Source: Candidatus Hydrothermarchaeum profundi (GTDB taxonomy: Archaea > Hydrothermarchaeota > Hydrothermarchaeia > Hydrothermarchaeales > Hydrothermarchaeaceae). Taken from it: a stretch of 25,245 bases of DNA. The notes beneath the pieces were generated by a model, which did not search any database, was not told where the DNA came from, and saw only the letters and a list, made by a program, of their open reading frames with translations. Of this stretch, positions 1-6,638 are shown piece by piece; position 1 is the first letter of the stretch; every line of letters starts with the position of its first letter. The DNA lies in assembly GCA_002011125.2 (NCBI GenBank), contig MTMF02000003.1, positions 1 to 25,245 of the forward strand, written 5' to 3'. The position numbers were made by a program, and so were the translations under genes.

Positions 1-53
1 ATGACGTCGCCCTTACAAGGCGGAGGTCGCCGGTTCGAATCCGGCCGAGCCCA
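1..53 (+). tRNA. tRNA-Val(TAC), 3' part (5' end lies outside the window); integration target
   Basis: Anticodon stem-loop TCGCC-CTTACAA-GGCGG with anticodon TAC at 14-16, variable loop AGGTC, T-arm GCCGG-TTCGAAT-CCGGC, acceptor 3' strand CGAGCCC plus discriminator A53. CCA is not encoded and a T-rich run follows. Confidence 0.93.
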
Positions 54-54
54 T
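9..54 (+). repeat. att site on the intact-tRNA side, 46-bp core
   Basis: GCCCTTACAAGGCGGAGGTCGCCGGTTCGAATCCGGCCGAGCCCAT, identical to 25192-25237. Confidence 0.96.
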
Positions 55-394
55 TCTTTTCGGTTGTTTCTTGCTTATTTTCGGGCTTATTCGTTGAAAT
101 AAGTTCAGTCAACTTCTCAATAGCCTCTTCGATCCTTTTGAACCTTTTTTCATATTGTTCCAATTGGCTAATTGATACAAACTCGTTAGCTAATTGGCTA
201 ATATCGCGAACTTTTTTGGCTAATTCGCTTCTAGAGAGGATAATTAATTCTTGACCATCTATTTCAGCGAGGTAGACGATGGCTTTTTGATCAATCCAAT
301 TTTTAAGGATCTGAGGTAATCTAACCCTAGGATAGATAAACTCTCTGATTTTTTCCCTTCCGATCTTTACACTTCCAACTTTTCTAACTCTCAT
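9..394 (-). CDS. int: Int(N): N-terminal fragment of the split tyrosine integrase (missing from the ORF track)
   Basis: Hand translation from ATG at 394 gives MRVRKVGSVKIGREKIREFIYPRVRLPQILKNWIDQKAIVYLAEIDGQELIILSR...QETTEKN-GLGRIRTGDLRLVRA. It is open through the att core and reads the core in the same frame as the 24171..25124 integrase frame does. Confidence 0.88.
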
Positions 395-434
395 TTTAGC
401 TAATATGTTAGCTAAAATATTTAAAGTCTTCTAT
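393..434 (-). promoter_or_regulatory. Integrase promoter (TATA + BRE) with an overlapping inverted-repeat operator
   Basis: TTTAAATA on the minus strand at 418-425, about 24 nt upstream of the ATG (leaderless geometry), with purine-rich ATAGAAGA upstream. Inverted repeat ATTTTAGCTAA-tatg-TTAGCTAAAAT at 393-418. Confidence 0.65.
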
Positions 435-450
435 TTGTACTTCAAATGCC

Positions 451-654
451 TTACGCTTTTTCAGCCTTTATTTCTCTTTTCCCATAGTAATGGCAAGAAG
501 AACCCTTCAAAATCTCCCTTTCTTCTAAAGAAGGATAGTAATGACAGAAACCCTCCAAGACAAACCAATCATCTTTGTGACGAAACCTACAGCTCCAGCA
601 GTGCCTTCCTATGATAGCTACAACTGCTTTTACTGCCTCAACTTTCACAGACAT
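451..654 (-). CDS. Small Cys-rich, putative metal-binding protein (67 aa; ORF track start 696)
   Basis: CWSC...GFC...CHYY pattern. ATG at 654 is preceded by GGAGATGGA and overlaps the end of the helicase gene. Confidence 0.6.
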   Translation of the reverse strand: MSVKVEAVKAVVAIIGRHCWSCRFRHKDDWFVLEGFCHYYPSLEEREILKGSSCHYYGKREIKAEKA

Positions 655-2017
655 AGCAATCCATCTCCTCTTCTGGATCAAGATCAGAGAATTCATGCTT
701 GTTTGCCTTGTAACAGTTCCAGAACTCAGAACAATTGAAACAGATCCTCGCTTTAGGATCTAGAACGACATAGTGCTTCTTGTTTGATAGAATTACTGTT
801 CTGACCCTCTCCATATCCTCCAGAGCTGTAACAACTTTTTTGTAATAATCAGCATTTGATATTTTCAGAATTTCATGGACGAATTCCCTTTTGCGAACTA
901 CAATTCTGCCTTTTTCGGAAACGAAGTCGTTTATGCGCTGGATGCAGCGGTTAAGAACTTCATCAGCTATATCGATGATTCCCTGCAGACTGCGAACAAC
1001 AAAGTGGAGTGTATCATCGAGCATTGATACATTTGGTACGTTGATCCAAAAGGAGGAAGGAGAATTTTTATTTTGTATCAGTGTATCAAACTGTATCTTA
1101 AATGTATCAATAGTATCAGAATGTATCAATGTACTATCTGGTAGAGGTTCTAAGAACTTTTGATACGTTGATACATCCAAATCTCCCATCTGTTCCACTA
1201 TTGCTGTGATATAATTGAGCTTGAGGACGGCATTCAGCTTATAAGCGTACTCTTCAATTAAGGACCAGTATCTTTCGTTAACTTTGAGGGTTGACTTTTG
1301 GAAATGGCTTAGATTGTCTGCGTTGACCAAGAAGGCTTTGTCTTCCATCCAGTTTATCAGTTGGACGAGCTTTGCTTGATGGCCTAAAGCTTCCTCGCTC
1401 TGAGGTTCGTCCGGTTCAAAGGGTAATCTTGCTCTATGGATCGTTATCGGCAGGAATCTTCTTTCGAAGCCTCCCAGAAACTTGGCTTCGATCTTCTTCC
1501 AGTCTTCTGGGAGGCCAGCTAAAATAACTGATAAGTAGTAGCTCTTCCTTGAGATTGCTACGGTTTTCTTTGTCGTCCTTCCTCTCGTGATTCTGTCGAG
1601 ATAGTAGGCCTTATTCAACAAATACTTCACCCTGTCCAAGTAGCTCTGCGATTTCTCGCCGAGCTCTCCCATCTCATCCCATATCAGGTAGCTGAACCTC
1701 CAGATATCCAAGTTCTCCTCAATGGATTCAACGCTTCCTGTAGGCAGTTCATAGATCCATGTTTGATCGATGACATCTCTCAAGCAGTCAATCACTCTGC
1801 TCTTACCGCTGGCTGGCTTTCCTACTATGGAAAGAAAGAAGTTACAGGGCATAGGCTTTGACCTCTGGACAAAAAGCTTTCCAGCTTGAGCTAGAAGCTG
1901 GCATCCTGCAAAAAAGAAAGCTTCCATATTCTTCTCCACTATTTTCGGGTAAGTTCGCAGGCAGTACTTCACCCAGTGATAAAGGAAGGAGTTTTCGGGT
2001 AGGTTTTTGAAGTTCAT
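638..2017 (-). CDS. AAA+ ATPase, putative replicative helicase (DUF3987/MCM-like) with C-terminal wHTH-like and Cys-rich segments
   Basis: Walker A GKPASGKS, Walker B LIWDE, sensor region SVILAG, arginine-finger-like GGFERRF, C-terminal CFNC...C...CYVC. Located in the early operon of the element. Confidence 0.7.
   Translation of the reverse strand: MNFKNLPENSFLYHWVKYCLRTYPKIVEKNMEAFFFAGCQLLAQAGKLFVQRSKPMPCNFFLSIVGKPASGKSRVIDCLRDVIDQTWIYELPTGSVESIEENLDIWRFSYLIWDEMGELGEKSQSYLDRVKYLLNKAYYLDRITRGRTTKKTVAISRKSYYLSVILAGLPEDWKKIEAKFLGGFERRFLPITIHRARLPFEPDEPQSEEALGHQAKLVQLINWMEDKAFLVNADNLSHFQKSTLKVNERYWSLIEEYAYKLNAVLKLNYITAIVEQMGDLDVSTYQKFLEPLPDSTLIHSDTIDTFKIQFDTLIQNKNSPSSFWINVPNVSMLDDTLHFVVRSLQGIIDIADEVLNRCIQRINDFVSEKGRIVVRKREFVHEILKISNADYYKKVVTALEDMERVRTVILSNKKHYVVLDPKARICFNCSEFWNCYKANKHEFSDLDPEEEMDCYVCES
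1010..1175. repeat. Array of TGTATCA / TGATACA heptamers inside the helicase gene (candidate iterons/origin)
   Basis: Forward copies at 1010, 1074, 1082, 1092, 1103, 1112, 1122 (two have one mismatch). Inverted copies at 1025, 1161 (one mismatch) and 1169. Confidence 0.65.
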
Positions 2018-2065
2018 TGTTTTCTTGTTGAATTATTTTCTTTGAATCATCCATACAAACAGCCG

Positions 2066-2644
2066 TCAACCCCACAGAACCTCGTGAAGCCATTTCTTGA
2101 GTTCGCTCTCTTTTAGCATTTCAGCCTCCTTAACCGGAGCCAAGGCGTATCTGCCTCTCGCATCTCCTTTTGGATGCTTAATGAACTTCCACGAGTTGTT
2201 GAGTTTGATTTTGAGGAAGATTCCTTTGGGTAGGCCTATCAGATAATAGAAAGGGATGTTTAGCATTCTTGAAAGATCTCTAAGCAGGATGTACTGGGCT
2301 GCGTTCAGAGGAATATACTTGTAAAAGTTCTCCTCCCTCGATTTCAGCTCTAGGCCTAGTTTGAATTTTCCGTTCTTATGTATAAGCTTGTCTATATCCG
2401 AGATCGTTATCCCACCTATTTCCTTTGTTATTCGGTTGAATTCTAGATCCAAACCTATCTCCTGAATTCTGTTCCTGCAGAATTTCAAACCCCTTATCGT
2501 TGCCTTCCCGCTCTCTCCGTTGATTTCCTTTAACTTCAGTTCTGAAATCTTTTGATCGATTAAAGCGAGGACGAAATCAATTGCCTTTTTTGTTATCTCA
2601 TAATCTCTTACCAAATCTGCTCTCCTCATCTCCATCCTCCTCAA
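2066..2644 (-). CDS. PD-(D/E)XK-fold nuclease (resolvase/VRR-NUC-like); true start probably ATG 2629 or 2635
   Basis: SDID...GLELK...LNAAQY...LNIPFYYL pattern matches a D...ExK...Q catalytic layout. Confidence 0.6.
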   Translation of the reverse strand: MRRMEMRRADLVRDYEITKKAIDFVLALIDQKISELKLKEINGESGKATIRGLKFCRNRIQEIGLDLEFNRITKEIGGITISDIDKLIHKNGKFKLGLELKSREENFYKYIPLNAAQYILLRDLSRMLNIPFYYLIGLPKGIFLKIKLNNSWKFIKHPKGDARGRYALAPVKEAEMLKESELKKWLHEVLWG

Positions 2645-2649
2645 AAAAA

Positions 2650-3021
2650 CTACCCTAGAAAATAGAAGTAGTTCCCTGGGGTTGCTTTAAGCTCCCTAGC
2701 TTTTTCCTCCAGCTCCTTTAGTGTTTCCCTGCACCAGTGAAGCAATGCCCTGTCGAAGTTGTTGATGTTTCTTTGGTTCATCAGCTCCCTTATCTCCTTC
2801 GAGTTCCAGCTGCTCTCCTTCCTCTCCTCGTAAACCACTATCATATCGTTCTTTCTATTCTTCTCTTTTTTGGCAAGCCCATAAACTCTCATAACAGCTT
2901 GAATTCTGTCTATCGTTCCGTGCAACAGCTTGATCTCTTCTGCAAGCTCATAGTGCAGTCTCTTGTCTTTATCAACAATCTGAAGGAACTCTTCAAGGTT
3001 ATAAACAGTCTCACCCATCAT
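2650..3021 (-). CDS. Hypothetical protein (123 aa)
   Basis: Start overlaps the upstream RHH stop codon. Charged composition typical of a real protein. No recognisable motif. Confidence 0.7.
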   Translation of the reverse strand: MMGETVYNLEEFLQIVDKDKRLHYELAEEIKLLHGTIDRIQAVMRVYGLAKKEKNRKNDMIVVYEERKESSWNSKEIRELMNQRNINNFDRALLHWCRETLKELEEKARELKATPGNYFYFLG

Positions 3022-3305
3022 TGGGAGGCCCCCTTCGTGGTAGCTTCGAGTTTAGTTCCAGCTTCTTGGCTTGCAAGCTCTATTCCTTCAACGACTTTCT
3101 TATCAAAGTTTTCTGGACTCTCTGATGTCTCTTCATTGCCTAAAACCGCAATCAACCCGTACTTTCTAGCTTCCCTCTCTATGTACTCGCTCACAGCATC
3201 CCTCACAACTTCCTGCTTAGATAACTTCCATTTCCTTCTCCTCAGCTCTTCCAACAGTTCAACCGTCTCCTCCCTCAAGCTCACGATCAGCTGCTTGCTT
3301 CCCAT
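3018..3305 (-). CDS. Ribbon-helix-helix (CopG-like) regulator
   Basis: KQLIVSLREETVELLEELRRRKWKLSKQEVVRDAVSEYIERE fits beta-alpha-alpha RHH. Strong RBS GGAGGTGA upstream. Confidence 0.8.
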   Translation of the reverse strand: MGSKQLIVSLREETVELLEELRRRKWKLSKQEVVRDAVSEYIEREARKYGLIAVLGNEETSESPENFDKKVVEGIELASQEAGTKLEATTKGASQ

Positions 3306-3463
3306 CCTTCACCTCCTTTTTAGTATTATTCATATTATCACAATATTGTGATCTTTGTTAGTATTTAACTCTATTGGTTTTTCACAATCTTGTGATTTTG
3401 TAAAATCATAATAACACGATTAACAGAAAAGTATATTAATGTTGTATTGTGATAACATAAAAT
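3306..3463. promoter_or_regulatory. Divergent promoter region with repeated palindromic operators ATCACAATnTTGTGAT
   Basis: Perfect 16-bp palindrome at 3337-3352, near-perfect copy at 3381-3396, degenerate copy at 3405-3420, half site at 3446-3453. TATA-like TTAAATA (minus, 3362-3368) and TATATTAA (plus, 3432-3439, after CAGAAAAG). Confidence 0.7.
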
Positions 3464-3757
3464 ATGTGTGCAAATGAACTCAATAAACTCTATGATGAAG
3501 AAATTCTGAGAGTTATTGAGGGCTTAAGTCATCCTATCAGGTTGAGCATTTACAATTTGTTAGCGGAGAAGGGTGAGATGTTTACCGGCGATATTTTCAA
3601 GCTGATAAAGGGGGAATTTGGAGTAAGCTCTCACCAAACTCTTTTGAATCATCTGAATGTGATGCAGATATCTGGAATTGTGGAGTTGGAGAGGGTTAAG
3701 AATAGGTACAAGGCTAAACTGAAGAAGATGATTGGGATTGAAGTTAAGGAGATTTAG
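3464..3757 (+). CDS. ArsR-family winged-HTH transcriptional regulator (candidate repressor)
   Basis: LSHPIRLSIYNLL...SHQTLLNHLNVMQISGIVELER is an ArsR-type signature. Confidence 0.82.
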   Translation: MCANELNKLYDEEILRVIEGLSHPIRLSIYNLLAEKGEMFTGDIFKLIKGEFGVSSHQTLLNHLNVMQISGIVELERVKNRYKAKLKKMIGIEVKEI

Positions 3758-3784
3758 ATTAAGGCCAATTGAAGGTGGGTTAAA

Positions 3785-3976
3785 ATGAGAAAAGAACGTA
3801 TTATCAATGGAATTCCCTTTGTGCTCCATAGAACATCCAGAAAAAAAAGTACTGCAAATTCTGTTGCACAAAACTTTAGGAATAAGGGATATTACGTAAG
3901 AGTCATTAAAACCGCCAAAGGGTATGAAATCTGGGTTTCAAGAAATCCTAGATGGTTCTACAAGATGATTAAGTAA
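3785..3976 (+). CDS. Small basic hypothetical protein (63 aa)
   Basis: RBS AGGTGG upstream. Operonic between the ArsR and PIN genes. The ANSVAQNFRNKGYYVRV...YEIWV pattern is loosely SPOR-like (weak). Confidence 0.65.
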   Translation: MRKERIINGIPFVLHRTSRKKSTANSVAQNFRNKGYYVRVIKTAKGYEIWVSRNPRWFYKMIK

Positions 3977-3988
3977 AATAAAGGGGAA

Positions 3989-4567
3989 TTGATGAAACCT
4001 TTTCAGATATGTGTAGATACAAACATTTGGATTGATTATATTGAAAAAAGAACCGCTCCCGAGAAATCTAGAGAGTTAATTCAAATGTTGACCGACGTAC
4101 ACTCACCACATAAAATAATTGTACCAAAAATACTGTACATTGAAATCGTATCTAAGCTCATTGATAACAGGAAGGAGAAATATTTGATCACAAAGCAAGG
4201 ATATTCCTCTATTGATTTCAAAAGTCCTGAAGGCAAGAAGATAAAATTCAATTTTAAGCTACCAAAAAAGGAGATGAGAGAGATCAAAGACATTTTGTTA
4301 GAATTCGAAAATTCTGATAAAATAGAGATAGTTTCGCCAGGAATTGACCTAGGTAGGGCTGAATTCCTTGTAAAAGAGGGATTTGAACTTATGGATTCTT
4401 TAATAATTGTTCAGATTGCAGATGGAAAGGCCGACTATTTTGTCACAAGAGATAGAGTGGCCAGGAGAATCAATGAAATTAGTCTAAAATGGGTTAAATT
4501 TAAGGCAACCACTGTTAGGGGAATGATTAAGTTATTAAGAAGACTCGATAACAATTTGGTAGGTTAA
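3989..4567 (+). CDS. PIN-domain (VapC-like) ribonuclease
   Basis: VDTNIWID, central IEI, C-terminal LMDSLI...YFVTRD: the four acidic PIN positions. Confidence 0.85.
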   Translation: MMKPFQICVDTNIWIDYIEKRTAPEKSRELIQMLTDVHSPHKIIVPKILYIEIVSKLIDNRKEKYLITKQGYSSIDFKSPEGKKIKFNFKLPKKEMREIKDILLEFENSDKIEIVSPGIDLGRAEFLVKEGFELMDSLIIVQIADGKADYFVTRDRVARRINEISLKWVKFKATTVRGMIKLLRRLDNNLVG

Positions 4568-4656
4568 AATCACAAAAGCTATATTTCATCAAAATTTAGA
4601 CCTAAATTAATTTAACTTCGGTTTAAAGAACTAAAAAGGGTTATTGAGTCTACGAC

Positions 4657-4905
4657 TTACCTATATACAATCTCAGCCAAAGATTTCAGTAACTCTTTTT
4701 GATCATCTATATCCAGCATCGAGATTATTTCCAGCAGCCAGTCGAGGAAGTCCTCTTTAGGCATCTCTCTTGTTATGCCTTTCTCTCTAAGCACTATAGA
4801 ATCGTGAAGCTTTCTCATGAACATTTCCCGCTTGAAGGCTGTGTAATTTAGCTCTAAAAGTTCATCTCTACCATCTAACTCTATTTTAAGCTTGATCCAA
4901 CTCAT
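4657..4905 (-). CDS. Hypothetical protein (82 aa; ORF track start 4920)
   Basis: ATG at 4905 sits about 22 nt below a minus-strand TTTAAATA at 4927-4934 (leaderless geometry). Confidence 0.6.
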   Translation of the reverse strand: MSWIKLKIELDGRDELLELNYTAFKREMFMRKLHDSIVLREKGITREMPKEDFLDWLLEIISMLDIDDQKELLKSLAEIVYR

Positions 4906-4999
4906 ACGATTTGGTTGCAAAAAGGGTATTTAAAAGTTGGAGTGTGATATGAAAGTGTGAGATCGATTTTCAAATTCAGAAATTCTTCTACAATGGTAC

Positions 5000-6109
5000 T
5001 TAAAAAGACGAGGGTTCTTCCTCGCTTGTAAAATTTTTTAAGACTTTAAAATATCTGGTTTTTTTGAGTCTTTTGGTAATAAAATCCTTTAAAAAACTCT
5101 CTTCAAAAGCGTTGTGAAAAGCTTTTTCTTCACATTTGAATACAAATGCATTGTGAATTGCCCTCTTATAAAATGTCCCTTGTTTAGAGTTATCCAATGC
5201 ATTTTTTCTTTCTTTAAGCGATTTTCCATTGCAAATTGGACAGTTACATTCTTTCAGCAACTTGTACTCTTTAAATTTCCTTCTACCGTTTTTAGGTGAG
5301 ATAAATCTATCTCCTATACTTGGTAATTGAAGCGCACCGTATGCAGCTTTCATTCTCCAACTCATAGAATCGACAGAGTCAACACCTAAACTAAACATTA
5401 GGTGCATTGTCGAAACGCTACCGACTCCAAAAACATGAAGGAATGTGTCGGGAAACTCTTCCCTTACAATCGATATTACTTTTGCCATAAATTCTATTGT
5501 ATTTATACCGTTCAACTCCGAAAGTACTGAAGTTTTCATGTACCTTACTATTGGAACTAAACTTCCTATCCCTACCATTTTAGGGTAGGTAATTTCCTTT
5601 ATCTCTTTACAAGCTTTTTTAACGTCATCTATTGTATAACCGTGAATTACGGGCATTAAGGCGATATTATGGGAATTTTCAAGCATGAATTCTGTATTAC
5701 TTATAGTGTTTTTCCATCTCTCAAATCTGCTTTCTAAGTCCATAGGATTAAATGGGTGGTCCAAAACTACACCAATATCCGGTTCAGCTCTTTTATAGAT
5801 ATCAAGTAATAGCTCAGGAGTTACAGGAATGTTCTTTTTCATAAGCTGGAAGCCTCCAGAATCCATCATAACAATTCCGTTTACATTCAGATACTCATGA
5901 ATGGAATCGATTGACATTCTCTTTTCAATTATTTCATAAGCGTTTACCAACACTGTTTCTACCTTAAAATGATCCCATGGGTGGGGTTTGCTTTTAAGTA
6001 AGCATCCCAACCATAAAACAGGAGTTTTTACTTCTTTTCCGTTAATTTCTAAGATCCCTAAACGGGCATTTGTGCTAGAATCCTCTTCTATAACATTAAA
6101 CTTTACCAT
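5000..6109 (-). CDS. tRNA-guanine transglycosylase (TGT)-family paralogue, catalytic domain only; candidate DNA 7-deazaguanine transglycosylase (DpdA-like role)
   Basis: ARLG...KTP, catalytic DSGGFQ, LDHP, PVIHG, GIGSLVP, LHVFGVG, catalytic DSVDS, Zn site CNCPIC...HN. 369 aa with no C-terminal PUA domain. Confidence 0.9.
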   Translation of the reverse strand: MVKFNVIEEDSSTNARLGILEINGKEVKTPVLWLGCLLKSKPHPWDHFKVETVLVNAYEIIEKRMSIDSIHEYLNVNGIVMMDSGGFQLMKKNIPVTPELLLDIYKRAEPDIGVVLDHPFNPMDLESRFERWKNTISNTEFMLENSHNIALMPVIHGYTIDDVKKACKEIKEITYPKMVGIGSLVPIVRYMKTSVLSELNGINTIEFMAKVISIVREEFPDTFLHVFGVGSVSTMHLMFSLGVDSVDSMSWRMKAAYGALQLPSIGDRFISPKNGRRKFKEYKLLKECNCPICNGKSLKERKNALDNSKQGTFYKRAIHNAFVFKCEEKAFHNAFEESFLKDFITKRLKKTRYFKVLKNFTSEEEPSSF

Positions 6110-6632
6110 CTAATACCTCCTTTATTGTTTTTAAAAGCATAGGTAACTTGTATAAGTTATAGGGTACTGTGATAGGGGAAAACAAACCCTCAGAGGCAGC
6201 TAAAATAATTTTTTTGTGATGATTTGGTGCAAAAACGATAAAATGCTTATGATGAGATATAGCTTTGCTCAAGAACCTTTTCAACCTCTCAACGAATACC
6301 TCTCTACCACCTTCTCCCAACATCTCAGGTGGAAATTCATAATGAGCTGCAGGGTATTTTTCCTCCCACTCTCTGGGCACTACGACTAATGGTTCTCCAA
6401 TGATATATTGCTGGACAAATTCATCTAGGCCATGCTTTACCAACAATCCAATAGTTTTTTTGTGCATAAACGAGGCTGAATATGGTTTATGTTGACTACA
6501 ACCCATTAGTAATGCAATCATTTTTTCACTCTTCCATTCTTCCATAACAGAAGAATAAAAAGAGACTACATCAGGGAGAAAAAACATCTCCTCTCCCCCT
6601 CTCAGAATTGTACGTGAACCCAAGTTTCTCAA
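6096..6632 (-). CDS. Stand-alone archaeosine synthase ArcS core-like protein (DUF5591)
   Basis: LLMGCSQHKPYSASFMH matches the ArcS PCSxxKPYSxSxSH motif. EPLVVVPREWEEKYPAAHYEFP matches the SPLGxVPRELExxYPAxxYD motif. Overlaps the TGT start by 14 nt. Confidence 0.82.
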   Translation of the reverse strand: MRNLGSRTILRGGEEMFFLPDVVSFYSSVMEEWKSEKMIALLMGCSQHKPYSASFMHKKTIGLLVKHGLDEFVQQYIIGEPLVVVPREWEEKYPAAHYEFPPEMLGEGGREVFVERLKRFLSKAISHHKHFIVFAPNHHKKIILAASEGLFSPITVPYNLYKLPMLLKTIKEVLDGKV

Positions 6633-6638
6633 CCTCCT

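Noticed and set aside
1010-1175. CRISPR or mini-CRISPR array
   Set aside because: The repeats are 7 bp with no spacer-sized unique intervals. No CRISPR-like array was seen anywhere in the window.
2737-3351. 204-aa plus-strand ORF and similar shadow ORFs (e.g. 405..614, 541..738, 891..1163, 7561..8028, 10249..10917, 11274..12681, 17556..18069, 21623..22214, 24072..24557)
   Set aside because: Antisense to better-supported genes, Ser/Leu/Phe-rich shadow composition, no RBS or motifs.
5000-6632. Housekeeping tgtA/arcS for tRNA archaeosine
   Set aside because: Both lack the RNA-binding (PUA) domains and sit in cargo with a nuclease-helicase. Gene symbols withheld; a tRNA role is not formally excluded.
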